From Paracoccus sp. UBA889 (GTDB lineage: Bacteria; Pseudomonadota; Alphaproteobacteria; Rhodobacterales; Rhodobacteraceae), in NCBI RefSeq assembly GCF_002294185.1, contig NZ_DBFD01000050.1: a stretch of DNA of 64,000 nucleotides; one strand, written 5' to 3'. The notes under the pieces are model-generated. The model did no database searches, was not told where the DNA came from, and saw nothing but the letters and a program-made list of their open reading frames with translations. A program made the position numbers and the translations under genes. Shown piece after piece: positions 18,186 to 27,850 of the stretch. Position 1 is the first letter of the stretch. The number at the start of each line of letters is the position of its first letter.

Positions 18186-19584
18186 GGGCGGCGGCCTCCT
18201 GTCCGGCGATGCGTCCGAAGACGGTGCCGATGGTCATGCCGAACCCGGCCAGATAGCCCTGACCCAGAATCGAGCCGGCCATCATCTCTCCGGCACTCCA
18301 GATGTTTTCGTAAGGCCCTTCGGGACCGGTCGCGCGGGCATGGCGGTCCACCTTCAGGCCCAGATAGGTGAAGGTCACGCCGGGGCGCAGGGAATAGGCA
18401 TAGAACGGCGGCTGCTCGATGGCGCGCGCCCAGTTCGTCTTGGCGGGCGTCAGGCCGCTGGTCGCCAGGCCGTCCAGTTCCTGCGGGCGGAACTGGCCCT
18501 CGCGGCAGGCGGCGTTGAAACCGGCGATCGTGTCGGCGACCGCATCGACCGGCAGGCCCAGCTTGCCGGCCAGATCCGGGATCGTGTCGGCGGTGATCGG
18601 CGGATAGACCGACGGCATGAACAGGTCGATCGAGCGGCTGTCGATGATCGAATAGGCGACCTGATCGGGCTGCTCGGCGACCAGCCGGCCCCAGATCGCA
18701 TAGCGTTTCGGCCAGACATCCTCGCCCTCGTCATGGAATCGCTGGCCATCCCTGTTGACGACGATCGAGAAGGGCACGCAATCCAGCCGCGTCACGATGC
18801 CGCCGTCGAATTTCGGCGCGCGCCCGTCGATGGCGACGGCGTGACATTGTGTCGGATCGCCCACGGTCAGCGCACCCTGATCGACCATGTCCCGCAGCAG
18901 GACACCGCGATTATAGGGTGTGCCGCGGATCAGGAAATTGCGCGCGGACGGGCCCCAGGCGCGGGCCAGCCAGTCGATATCGGCCTGGAACCCGCCCGAG
19001 GCCAGCACGAAGGCGCGGCCGGCGATGCTGATGATCTGGCCGCCGATGCTGGCGATGACATGGGTGGCCCGGCCTCCCTCGATGCCGACATGGCTGACTT
19101 GCGCGTCATAGGCGACGGTGACGCCCAGGTCCTGCGCGGTCAGGTAATAGGCATTGACCAGCGCCTTGCCGCCGCCAAGGAAGAAGGCATTGGTGCGGTC
19201 CAGCGACAGCGTGCCCGCCAGCGAGGGCTGGAACCGCACGCCATGGGCCTGCATCCAGGGCAGACATTCGGCCGAGTTGCGGATCGCGTGCCGGGCCAGT
19301 TCCTCGTCGGTTTCGCCCCTGGTGACGCGCAGCAGGTCCTGCCAGAATTCCTCCTCGTCATAGGTCTCGACCAGCGGACCCAGATCGCCGTGATGCATGC
19401 AGCGGAAATTGCGGGTATGGCGCGAATTTCCGCCGCGATAGGCATGGGGCGCACCTTCCAGGATCAGGACCCGGGCCCCCGCCTCGGCCGCCTCGATCGC
19501 CGCGCAGAGCGCCGCGTTGCCGCCGCCGGCGATCACCACGTCCCATGTTTGGCCTGCCAGCGATCGCGAAAGACCGTCAGTCAC
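18175..19584 (-). CDS. tcuA: FAD-dependent tricarballylate dehydrogenase
   Basis: GGGNAALCAA, RGGNSRHTRN, TNAFFLGGGKAL, DEGEDVWPKRYAIWGRL, RPGVTFTYLGLKV match Salmonella TcuA as I recall it. Confidence 0.93.
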   Translation of the reverse strand: MTDGLSRSLAGQTWDVVIAGGGNAALCAAIEAAEAGARVLILEGAPHAYRGGNSRHTRNFRCMHHGDLGPLVETYDEEEFWQDLLRVTRGETDEELARHAIRNSAECLPWMQAHGVRFQPSLAGTLSLDRTNAFFLGGGKALVNAYYLTAQDLGVTVAYDAQVSHVGIEGGRATHVIASIGGQIISIAGRAFVLASGGFQADIDWLARAWGPSARNFLIRGTPYNRGVLLRDMVDQGALTVGDPTQCHAVAIDGRAPKFDGGIVTRLDCVPFSIVVNRDGQRFHDEGEDVWPKRYAIWGRLVAEQPDQVAYSIIDSRSIDLFMPSVYPPITADTIPDLAGKLGLPVDAVADTIAGFNAACREGQFRPQELDGLATSGLTPAKTNWARAIEQPPFYAYSLRPGVTFTYLGLKVDRHARATGPEGPYENIWSAGEMMAGSILGQGYLAGFGMTIGTVFGRIAGQEAAAHVA

Positions 19585-20233
19585 GTTCCGCCTCGTCTTT
19601 CTGTCTCAGGATGCGCAGCCGGGTCAGTTGGGCGCGTTCCATGTGTTCGCGCATCGCGGCCTCGGCGCGCTGTCCGTCGCGGGCGGCAAGAGCGTCGAGG
19701 ACCGCCTCGTGTTCTTCGACCGCCTGCCGGGCGCGTTCCGGCGCAGCCATCGCCGAGGGGCCCAGGATCAGCAGCGTGTTCTCGACGCTGGCCGCCGCGC
19801 GCAGCAGGAACCGGTTGCGCGCCGCGTCCAGCAACCGGGCGTGGAATTGCCGGTTCAGGCGAACCAGGCGGGCGGCATCCTCGACCGCGCGGGCCATCTC
19901 GGCGTTGATCGAACGCAGCGCCTCCAGCTCCATCGGCGAGGCGGCGCGGGCCGAAAGCCGCGCGGCGGTGCCTTCCAGCACCGTCCGCATCTCGTAAAGC
20001 TCCATGATTTCGGGATAGGCCAGCTGTCGGACGACGGCGCCGCTGCGGGGCTGGTGATCGACCAGGCCGTCGGCCTCCAGCCGTCGGATCGCCTCGCGCA
20101 CCGGGGTCCGGCTGACGCCGAGGCGGGCGGCAAGCTCGGTCTCGGTCAGTCGTGCGCCGGGGCGGATCGTGCCCGACCGGATCTGTTCGCAAAGCCTGTC
20201 ATAGACGCCCTCACCCTGCAGGGTGCGCCGCAT
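19577..20233 (-). CDS. GntR family regulator (FCD domain)
   Basis: ETELAARLGVSRTPVREAIRRL; FCD with FH...N...EH. Start uncertain (20233 or 20269). Confidence 0.88.
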   Translation of the reverse strand: MRRTLQGEGVYDRLCEQIRSGTIRPGARLTETELAARLGVSRTPVREAIRRLEADGLVDHQPRSGAVVRQLAYPEIMELYEMRTVLEGTAARLSARAASPMELEALRSINAEMARAVEDAARLVRLNRQFHARLLDAARNRFLLRAAASVENTLLILGPSAMAAPERARQAVEEHEAVLDALAARDGQRAEAAMREHMERAQLTRLRILRQKDEAERD

Positions 20234-20268
20234 GCCGTCGCCTGATCCGGATTTCGGACTTTCGGTCA

Positions 20269-20296
20269 TGCATCCAGTCGTATACATCAGGATGCA
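20269..20296. promoter_or_regulatory. Candidate GntR operator
   Basis: Inverted repeat TGCATCC-N14-GGATGCA with central GTATAC between divergent GntR and AbrB genes. Confidence 0.55.
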
Positions 20297-20399
20297 AAAG
20301 GGTCAAGTCCGGATGGGCCGGATCTGTTCCAAAGGCATCGAAGGGGCCGGTGCGCCGGCTTGCCGCCCCGGGCGCATTCTGGCAAAGGCTTTGCACATC

Positions 20400-21449
20400 A
20401 TGCAGAAACCTGCGCGCATAGGCCGGCCTGGCCGGATGATCGTGACCTTCGCGCTGGCTCTGGCCGGGGCGGGGCTGTTTCTGGTCCTGAACCTGCCCCT
20501 GCCCTGGTTGCTGGGGCCGATGCTGGCATGCCTGATCGCGGCGTTGCTGGGCGCCCCCCTGCGCGGCGCCGGCGGCTTCAGCACCTTCATGCGGACCTTC
20601 CTGGGGGTGGCGGTCGGCGCATCCATCACCCCTGAAGTGCTGGCCGGCCTGCCCGAAATCGCGGCCTCGCTGGCGCTGGTGCCGATCTTCATCGCGATCA
20701 TCGCGATGGTCGGCTATCCGCTGTTCCGGCGTGTCTTCGGCTTCGATCATGCCACCGCCTGGTATGCGGCGATGCCGGGCGGCCTTCAGGACATGCTGGT
20801 CTTCGGCGAAGAGGCGGGCGGCGACGTGCGGGCGCTGTCGCTGATTCATGCGACGCGGGTGCTGGTGATCGTGACCGTGGCGCCGCTGATCATGCGCATC
20901 TACTGGGGCGTCGATCTGGCGCGGCCGCCGGGCGCCTCGATCGCGGGCTATTCGGCGTCCCAGATCGCGCTCATGGTCGCGGCGGGTTTCCTGGGCTGGA
21001 AGCTGGCGGAACGGGCCGGATTGTTCGGCGCCTCGATCCTGGGGCCGCTGATCCTGACCATGATCCTGTCGCTGAGCGGCATCGTCCAGAACCGCCCCCC
21101 GGCCGAGATCATCCAGGCGGCGCAGTTCTTCATCGGCATCGCGGTGGGGGTGAAATATGTCGGCATCTCGGCGCGCGAATTGCGCATCGACGTGACGGCG
21201 GGGCTGGTTTATGCCGTCGTGCTGGCGCTGATCAGCCTGGTTTTCATCGAGGGGATCGTGACGCTGGGCCTGGCGCCGGGGCTGGAGGCGTTTCTGGCCT
21301 TCCTGCCGGGCGGGCAGGCCGAGATGACCGTGATCGCGATCATCGCCGGCGCCGATCTGGCCTATGTCGTCAGCCACCACCTGCTGCGGATCATGATCGT
21401 GATCCTGTTGGCGCCGATCGTCGCGCGGCTATTCCGGCGGCGCGAATAG
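20400..21449 (+). CDS. AbrB-family integral membrane protein (PF05145-like)
   Basis: LPLPWLLGPM, AMPGGLQDM, LIHATRV, duplicated halves, LPGGQAEM, HHLLR. Confidence 0.85.
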   Translation: MQKPARIGRPGRMIVTFALALAGAGLFLVLNLPLPWLLGPMLACLIAALLGAPLRGAGGFSTFMRTFLGVAVGASITPEVLAGLPEIAASLALVPIFIAIIAMVGYPLFRRVFGFDHATAWYAAMPGGLQDMLVFGEEAGGDVRALSLIHATRVLVIVTVAPLIMRIYWGVDLARPPGASIAGYSASQIALMVAAGFLGWKLAERAGLFGASILGPLILTMILSLSGIVQNRPPAEIIQAAQFFIGIAVGVKYVGISARELRIDVTAGLVYAVVLALISLVFIEGIVTLGLAPGLEAFLAFLPGGQAEMTVIAIIAGADLAYVVSHHLLRIMIVILLAPIVARLFRRRE

Positions 21450-21466
21450 GCGCGTATCCTGCCCCG

Positions 21467-22456
21467 ATGAGCTGGGATTTCGAGGAAGAGGATCGGGACT
21501 GGCCACTGCCCATGGCGGATCGGCGCAGCCTGTTCGATCCGCAGCCGTGGCGCGAGGCGCAGGCCGATTGCGCCTTTGCACTGGCGCAGGCCGGGCTGGC
21601 CGCCGGGCGGCTGGAATCGCGGCTGACGCCGATGACGGGACCGGCGCGGGCCGGCGCGCTGAGGCGGCTGGCGCTGCTGGAGGCCGAGGCGATGCTGTGG
21701 GCGCAGGGCTCGCCGCTGGCCCGGCACGAGATCGGCCTGGACCTGATGGCCGCCCGCGCCGGCACCGATCTGGATGCGATGGCGCAGGCGCGGTGGGCCG
21801 TCCGGCGGCTGGAAGGACAGGGCGATCCGGCCGATCTGCGCGGCTTTCTGGGCCTGCACCGGGCCGAAGGCGTCGATGCGCCCGAGGCGCCGCTGGGGCG
21901 GCTGTCGGGGCGGGCCTTCGACCACGCGGCTGAGGGATTTCTGGCCGCCGTCCGGGGCTTGGAGCCGCTGCATCCGCTGGCCCGCGCGCCCGCGCTGCGG
22001 CTGCTGTGGCGGCTTTACGATCTGTCGCCCGAGAACGCGCCGATCGAGGCGGCGGTCTGGATCGCGCGGCGCATGGCCGCGGATTGTCCGGGCCTGCCGT
22101 TCCTGCCGATGGGACGCGCCGGGCAGCCCGCTGACGAGGGGCCGCCGAAACACCGCCTGCGACGGCATCTGGCGGCGCTGGCCGATGGCGCCTCGGCGGC
22201 GCTCGCGCATCTGGATCGGGTCGCGGCATGGTCCGCGCGCGCCGGCGTCGAGACAGAGGCAATCAAGGGGTCCAACGCGGCCCGGATCGTGGCGGCGCTG
22301 GCCGCCCATCCGCTGATGAGCACGGCCATGGTCGAGGAAAGCTGCGCCATCAGCCGCGACACGGCCGAGCGGCTGCTGGCGCGATTGGAGAGGATGGGCC
22401 TCGTGCGCGAGGCGACCGGCACGCGCCGGTTCCGCCTGTGGGCCGCCGCGATCTGA
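21467..22456 (+). CDS. HTH_13/DUF1612-like protein with Fic-like helical N-terminus
   Basis: LAQAGLAAGRLESRL (Fic_N-like), LHPLARA, C-terminal HPLMSTAM...LVREATGTRRFRLWA (HTH_13-like). Confidence 0.6.
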   Translation: MSWDFEEEDRDWPLPMADRRSLFDPQPWREAQADCAFALAQAGLAAGRLESRLTPMTGPARAGALRRLALLEAEAMLWAQGSPLARHEIGLDLMAARAGTDLDAMAQARWAVRRLEGQGDPADLRGFLGLHRAEGVDAPEAPLGRLSGRAFDHAAEGFLAAVRGLEPLHPLARAPALRLLWRLYDLSPENAPIEAAVWIARRMAADCPGLPFLPMGRAGQPADEGPPKHRLRRHLAALADGASAALAHLDRVAAWSARAGVETEAIKGSNAARIVAALAAHPLMSTAMVEESCAISRDTAERLLARLERMGLVREATGTRRFRLWAAAI

Positions 22457-22524
22457 GCCGACGACATTCCCCGGCGCAAACAGCCGTTTTTCGGGAACGG
22501 CATGCGCCGACCGGCACCGCCCGT

Positions 22525-23034
22525 CTAACCCGCGCGCAGGCCGCGGCGGGGAATGTCCTTGATCGCATGGATGATCCCGTCCGAGCGGCCCGAGACCGCG
22601 CCCACGTCGCGGGCCAGCGCCCGCATGGCGCGGTTGTCGCCGATGAAATCCATGTGGATTCGGCCAAGGCCCGCGCGGCGCGCGGCCAGCACCGTCGCCA
22701 GCACCAGCCGCTTGCCCAGGCCGATCTGCTGGAAGGGCTGCTCGATGGAAAAGGACGCCTCGCCCTGGTCCCGAGCCGGCCATGGGATCAGCTCGCCCAG
22801 ACCGCGCAGCACGCCGCCCACGAAAGCGCCGAAGATCAGCGCGTGGTCCCAGTCAACGCCGTCGGAATAGGCGCGGATCGCGTCATCCGTCAGCGCCGCG
22901 TGAAAGCGGGCACGGCGGTCTTCGGGCGACAGCCGCAGCAGGTGTGCTGCATGGTCATGGCGGTCGCGGCCTTCCAGCCCGCGCAGGCGGATGCGGGGCG
23001 GACCGAAATCCGGGGGATGGGGTATCTGCGACAT
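22525..23034 (-). CDS. Stand-alone GNAT N-acetyltransferase (Pat-GNAT-like)
   Basis: RLSPEDRRARF, GEASFSI, acetyl-CoA motif FQQIGLGKRL, DNRAMRAL. True start lies inside an over-extended ORF. Confidence 0.8.
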   Translation of the reverse strand: MSQIPHPPDFGPPRIRLRGLEGRDRHDHAAHLLRLSPEDRRARFHAALTDDAIRAYSDGVDWDHALIFGAFVGGVLRGLGELIPWPARDQGEASFSIEQPFQQIGLGKRLVLATVLAARRAGLGRIHMDFIGDNRAMRALARDVGAVSGRSDGIIHAIKDIPRRGLRAG

Positions 23035-23139
23035 GGCGCGGACCTCATGCTGCGCTGCGGCACATATGGGTCGCGGGCGCTGGCGGGTCAATCGCGGGCG
23101 GGCTTGACTTGGCGTCGCCCACGGCCGCATGTCGCGGAA

Positions 23140-24021
23140 ATGTTCGGCTTCCGCGACCTTGCCATCATCCGCGCCATTGCCCGCCATGGCGGATTTCGCG
23201 CCGCCTCGGATTCGCTGGGGCTGGCGCAATCGGCGATCTCGCGACGGGTGCGGCATCTGGAGGACCGGATGGGCATGACCATCTTCCAACGCGACGGCCG
23301 GGGCGTGCGTCTGACCGCCGCCGGCCGCCGCCTGGTCGAGGAATCCGAGATCCTGATCGCTCAGCGCGACCGGATTCTGGGCGAACTGACGCAGGGCCTG
23401 ATGGCGGGCGTCGTGCGGCTGGGCGTGGCCGAGACGATGACGCATACGGTCCTGCCCCGCATGCTGACGGATCTGCGCGCGCGCCATCCGCAACTGCGGT
23501 TCGAAATTTCGGTCGATACTTCGGAACAGATGGCGCAGATGCTGGTCGCGGACGGGCTGGACGTGGCGATCATGATGCGCGATCAGGCGCCGCGCGGGAT
23601 CAACCTGACGCCGCTGCCGCCGGTGACGCTGGGCTGGTTCGTGGCGCCCGCGCATTTCGACCTGCCGCGCCCGGCCGGGATCGACGACCTGGCGGCGCTG
23701 CCGATCGTGTCCTTTCCCAAGACGACACTGCCGCACCGGCGGGTAGCCGATTTGTTGTCGCCGGGGCGCCGGCAGGCAGCGGCGATCCACGGATCGGCCT
23801 CGTTGGCGACGGTGCTGCACCTGGTCGGGCAGGGATTCGGCATCGGCACGATTCCCCATGACATCGTAGACGCTTGGCCCCATGCGGGCCTGGAGGAAAT
23901 CGCGGTGCGGCCCGAGGCGCGGCTGCCCGATCTGGATTTTGCCATCTGCTACATGCCGGAACGCAATGAGGAAATCGGACGCGCGGTGACGCGCGCGGCA
24001 CTGGACGCGGCGAGGAAGTGA
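23140..24021 (+). CDS. LysR family regulator
   Basis: [33 protein letters not shown]; directly upstream of the DUF1445 operon. Confidence 0.9.
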   Translation: MFGFRDLAIIRAIARHGGFRAASDSLGLAQSAISRRVRHLEDRMGMTIFQRDGRGVRLTAAGRRLVEESEILIAQRDRILGELTQGLMAGVVRLGVAETMTHTVLPRMLTDLRARHPQLRFEISVDTSEQMAQMLVADGLDVAIMMRDQAPRGINLTPLPPVTLGWFVAPAHFDLPRPAGIDDLAALPIVSFPKTTLPHRRVADLLSPGRRQAAAIHGSASLATVLHLVGQGFGIGTIPHDIVDAWPHAGLEEIAVRPEARLPDLDFAICYMPERNEEIGRAVTRAALDAARK

Positions 24022-24033
24022 TCACCGGGCGCG

Positions 24034-24048
24034 ATCAATATTGCGGAT
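24034..24048. promoter_or_regulatory. LysR-type dyad ATC-N9-GAT (T-N11-A)
   Basis: ATCAATATTGCGGAT, about 60 bp upstream of the DUF1445 start. Confidence 0.55.
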
Positions 24049-24106
24049 AAGTGAGCGCTTGATTCAATCGGTTTCGTCAGGAATCCTTGTCGGAGAGGAG
24101 AACCGG

Positions 24107-24970
24107 ATGATCCAGCCCCAGCCGCAACCCCAGCCCCGTCTTGCCGATCCGCGCATTCTGCGCGCCCGGATCCGCGACGGGCTGTTCGATGGCCCTACGG
24201 CGGGCCTTTGCGGTGATGCGTTGCAGGCCAATCTTGTGATCCTGCCGGGCGAGGAGGCGTCCGATTTCCTGCGCTTCTGCCAGGCCAATCCGCGCCCATG
24301 CCCGCTGCTGGCCGTGGGCGAGCCTGGCGATCCATCGCTGCCGGCGCTGGGCGACGGCATCGACCTGCGCCATGATCTGCCGCGCTATCGCGTCTGGCGC
24401 CGGGGCGCGCTGGCCGACGAGCCGGCCGACATCGCCGATCTGTGGCGGAATGACATGGTGTCCTTCGCGCTGGGCTGTTCCTTCAGCTTCGAGGATGCGC
24501 TGCTGCGCGCCGGGATCGCGGTGCGGCATCAGGAAACCGGCCGGAACGTGCCGATGTATCGCACCAGCCTGCCGACCAGGCCCGCCGGGCGCTTTTGGGG
24601 GCCGCTGGTCGTATCGATGCGGCCGATGCGGGCGGCCGAGGCGATCGAGGCCGTGCAGATCTGCGCGGGCTTTCCGCTGGCCCATGGCGCGCCGGTCCAT
24701 CTGGGCGATCCGGCGCTGATCGGTATCGCGGATGTGATGGCACCCGATTACGGCGACCCGCCCGAGTTCCGCCAGGGCGAGATTCCGGTCTTCTGGGCCT
24801 GCGGGGTGACGCCACAGGCCGCAATCGCCGCCGCCCGGCCCGATCTGGCGATCACCCATGCGCCCGGCCACATGCTGGTCACCGACATTCCCGCCGGTCG
24901 CGCGACGGCGCGGCTGACCGGGGTCCATGCCGATCTGCCCATAAAAACCCAACAGGAGAGACTGACATGA
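24107..24970 (+). CDS. Putative hydro-lyase (DUF1445/YcsI, D-glutamate cyclase-like)
   Basis: [67 protein letters not shown]. Confidence 0.9.
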   Translation: MIQPQPQPQPRLADPRILRARIRDGLFDGPTAGLCGDALQANLVILPGEEASDFLRFCQANPRPCPLLAVGEPGDPSLPALGDGIDLRHDLPRYRVWRRGALADEPADIADLWRNDMVSFALGCSFSFEDALLRAGIAVRHQETGRNVPMYRTSLPTRPAGRFWGPLVVSMRPMRAAEAIEAVQICAGFPLAHGAPVHLGDPALIGIADVMAPDYGDPPEFRQGEIPVFWACGVTPQAAIAAARPDLAITHAPGHMLVTDIPAGRATARLTGVHADLPIKTQQERLT

Positions 24971-25998
24971 AACTTGCAAAAGCCCTGCTGACCGGAACCG
25001 CGCTGCTGGCCTCGCCGGCCATGGCCGAGGAACTGGCCGTCGTCGGAAGCTGGTCGAACCTGCCGCTGTATCAGGATTTCGAGTCGCCCTTCTGGACCGA
25101 GAAGCTGCCGCAGATGACGGATGGCGAATTCACCGCGCAACTGACCAGTTTCGACCAGATGGGCATCGCCGGCGCCGATGTCTACCGGATGCTGGGCGAC
25201 GGGGTCTTCGATGTCGGCTCGACCGTGGCCGATTACACGGTCGGCGATGCGCCCGAACTGGAAGGTCTGGACGTGCCGCTGATCGCCAACACGCCCGCCG
25301 AGGCCCGAAGCATGGTCAAGGCCGCCCGCCCGATGGTCGAGGAGATCATGCGCAATCGCTTCAATGCCGAGGTTCTGGGCATCGCGCCCTATCCGCCGCA
25401 GGTCGTGTTCTGCAAGGGCGAGGTCGGTTCGCTGGCCGATCTGGAGGGCAAGAAGATCCGCGGCTCGGGCCGGATGACGACCAAGCTGCTGGAGGCTCTG
25501 GGCGCGGAAGGCGTCAACATCGCCTTTTCCGAAGTGCCCGGCTCGCTGGAGCGGGCCGTGATCGACTGTGCCGTGACCGGCGCCGGGTCTGGCTATTCCG
25601 CCGGCTGGTGGGAGGTGACGGACACGCTGATGGTGCTGCCGCTGGGCGGCTGGGATCCGGTGGTGATCGCGATGAATGGCGACCGTTACGACGGGCTTTC
25701 CGGGGATCAGCAGTCGATGCTGAAATCGGCCGTGGCCGAGGGGCTGGAAGCGCCCGCCTGGGACGCCGCGCAAGGCGGGCTGGAAGGCGACATCGCCTGC
25801 CTGACGGGCCAGGGCGAATGTGCGGCCGGCGATGCGGCCTCGATGACGCTGGTGCAGCCGTCCGAGGCCGATCTCGCGGCGGCGCGGAAAGTGCTGGAAG
25901 ACGAGGTTCTGCCCGACTGGGCCAGCCGCGCCGGCGCGGAATGGGTCGCGCGCTGGAATGATTCGGTCGGCAAGGCCGTCGGCGTGACCGTCCAGTAG
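24967..25998 (+). CDS. dctP: TRAP substrate-binding protein (DctP6/7-like subfamily)
   Basis: Signal peptide, [27 protein letters not shown]. Confidence 0.88.
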   Translation: MKLAKALLTGTALLASPAMAEELAVVGSWSNLPLYQDFESPFWTEKLPQMTDGEFTAQLTSFDQMGIAGADVYRMLGDGVFDVGSTVADYTVGDAPELEGLDVPLIANTPAEARSMVKAARPMVEEIMRNRFNAEVLGIAPYPPQVVFCKGEVGSLADLEGKKIRGSGRMTTKLLEALGAEGVNIAFSEVPGSLERAVIDCAVTGAGSGYSAGWWEVTDTLMVLPLGGWDPVVIAMNGDRYDGLSGDQQSMLKSAVAEGLEAPAWDAAQGGLEGDIACLTGQGECAAGDAASMTLVQPSEADLAAARKVLEDEVLPDWASRAGAEWVARWNDSVGKAVGVTVQ

Positions 25999-26011
25999 CG
26001 CCCGCGCCGCC

Positions 26012-26557
26012 ATGATCGACGCAACCCTTGGCGCGCTGCGGCGCGCGAACCGGGCCATAGCCCTGATCCTGGGCGCGGGCCTGATCCTGACCGTGCTTTT
26101 CATCCTGACGGATGTGATCCTGCGCAAGCTGGGCAGCGCCAGCCTGGGCGGGTCGGACGAGATCTCGGGTTATGTCATGGCGGCGGTCGCAAGCTGGGGG
26201 CTGGCCTGCGCCCTGCTTGAACGGGCCCATGTCCGCATCGACGTGATCCGGCTGAAGCTGGCCCGGCCCGCGCAGATGGCGATGGACCTGTTCGCGATGC
26301 TCGTGACCAATGGCGTCGTGCTGCTGATCGCCTGGCAAAGCTGGCCGGTGCTGGGCAAGACGCTGGAACGCGGCTCGCGCGCGAACACGCCGCTGGAGAC
26401 GCCCTTGTGGATTCCGCAAGGCATCTGGTTCGCCGGCTGGCTGTGGTTCGCGATCAGCGCCACCGCGCTGTCGCTGATCGGAATCGCATTTTTGCAGGCC
26501 GCGCGGCGGGACGATTTCGACACCGTGCTGGGCATTGGATCCGAGGTGCCGGAATGA
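26012..26557 (+). CDS. dctQ: TRAP small permease
   Basis: Four hydrophobic segments, DEISGY, HVRIDV, PLWIPQ. Confidence 0.88.
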   Translation: MIDATLGALRRANRAIALILGAGLILTVLFILTDVILRKLGSASLGGSDEISGYVMAAVASWGLACALLERAHVRIDVIRLKLARPAQMAMDLFAMLVTNGVVLLIAWQSWPVLGKTLERGSRANTPLETPLWIPQGIWFAGWLWFAISATALSLIGIAFLQAARRDDFDTVLGIGSEVPE

Positions 26558-27837
26558 TCTGGACCACTGCCATCGCGCTGCTGGGCCTGATGGCCCTGTC
26601 GATCCCGGTGGGCATCGTGCTGTTCCTGCTGGGTATTGGCGTGGGCCAGTTCTATTCGGCCTTTCCGCTGCTGCGCGGGATGGGGCAGGTGATCTGGTCG
26701 TCGTCCAATTCCTCGACCCTGATCGCCATTCCGCTGTTCGTCCTGCTGGGCGAAATCCTGGTGCGCGGCGGCGTGGCCGAACGCACCTATGCGGCGCTGG
26801 ACAAGTGGCTGTCATGGCTGCCGGGCGGTCTGGTCCATGCCAATATCGCGACGGCGACCATGTTTTCGGCCACGTCCGGATCGTCGGTGGCCACCGCCGC
26901 GACCGTGGCCACCGTGGCCATGCCGCAGGCCGAGCGGCTGAACTATGATCCGCGGCTGTTTTCCGGCGCCATCGCGGCCGGCGGCACGCTGGGAATCCTG
27001 ATCCCGCCCTCGATCAACCTGATCGTCTATGGCTTCCTGACCGAAACCTCGATCCCGCGCCTGTTTTCGGCCGGGCTGGTCCCCGGCCTGCTGATGGCCC
27101 TGGCCTTCATCGCGGTCACGGCGGCGATCTGCTGGGTGCGGCCGGGGCTGGGCGGGCCTTCGCGCGGCTTTTCCTGGGCCGAACGGGCGCGGTCGCTGAC
27201 CCAGCTTGTGCCGATCGTGGTGCTGTTCGTGGTCGTGATCGGGTCGATCTATGCGGGTTGGGCGACGCCCACGGAAAGCGCGGCCATCGGCGTGGCCATC
27301 GCGGCGCTGATCGCGATCCTGCTGGGTGACGGTCTGGGTCCACGCGCCCTGTCCGAGGCGCTGCACGGCACCATCCGCATCTCGGCGATGATCATGCTGG
27401 TGGTGACGGGGGCGACGTTTCTGAACTTTGCCATGACCTCGGCCGGGCTGGGGCGGCAACTGACCGATCTGATCGGGGGATCGGGGCTGTCGCCCTTTGG
27501 CACGCTGCTGCTGGTCATCGCGCTGTATCTGGTGCTGGGCTTTTTCATCGAGACCTTGTCGCTGATGGTCGCGACCATCCCCATCGTGGTGCCGATCATT
27601 GCCGGGCTGGGCTATGACAAGGTGTGGTTCGGGGTGCTGTTGATCGTGCTGATCGAGATGGCGCTGATCACGCCGCCGGTGGGCCTGAACCTGTTCGTGG
27701 TTCAGGGGGCGCGGAAATCCGGCCCCATGAGCGACGTGATCATGGGCGTGATTCCCTATGTTCTGGTAATGCTGACGATGATCGCGGCACTGGTCGCGTT
27801 GCCGGGGCTGGCCTTGTGGTTGCCCTCGGTGCTGTGA
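26554..27837 (+). CDS. dctM: TRAP large permease
   Basis: IAIPLFVLLG, SGSSVATAA, GGTLGILIPPS, ITPPVGLNLFV. Confidence 0.92.
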   Translation: MIWTTAIALLGLMALSIPVGIVLFLLGIGVGQFYSAFPLLRGMGQVIWSSSNSSTLIAIPLFVLLGEILVRGGVAERTYAALDKWLSWLPGGLVHANIATATMFSATSGSSVATAATVATVAMPQAERLNYDPRLFSGAIAAGGTLGILIPPSINLIVYGFLTETSIPRLFSAGLVPGLLMALAFIAVTAAICWVRPGLGGPSRGFSWAERARSLTQLVPIVVLFVVVIGSIYAGWATPTESAAIGVAIAALIAILLGDGLGPRALSEALHGTIRISAMIMLVVTGATFLNFAMTSAGLGRQLTDLIGGSGLSPFGTLLLVIALYLVLGFFIETLSLMVATIPIVVPIIAGLGYDKVWFGVLLIVLIEMALITPPVGLNLFVVQGARKSGPMSDVIMGVIPYVLVMLTMIAALVALPGLALWLPSVL

Positions 27838-27850
27838 AAGGAAATGGAAG

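Noticed and set aside
20400-21449. Ammonia monooxygenase or Bacillus AbrB transition-state regulator
   Set aside because: These are legacy names for this membrane family; there are no amoCAB motifs and no DNA-binding domain.
24113-24136. QPQPQPQP micro-repeat at the DUF1445 N-terminus
   Set aside because: Imperfect at DNA level; a low-complexity leader, not a phase-variable tract.
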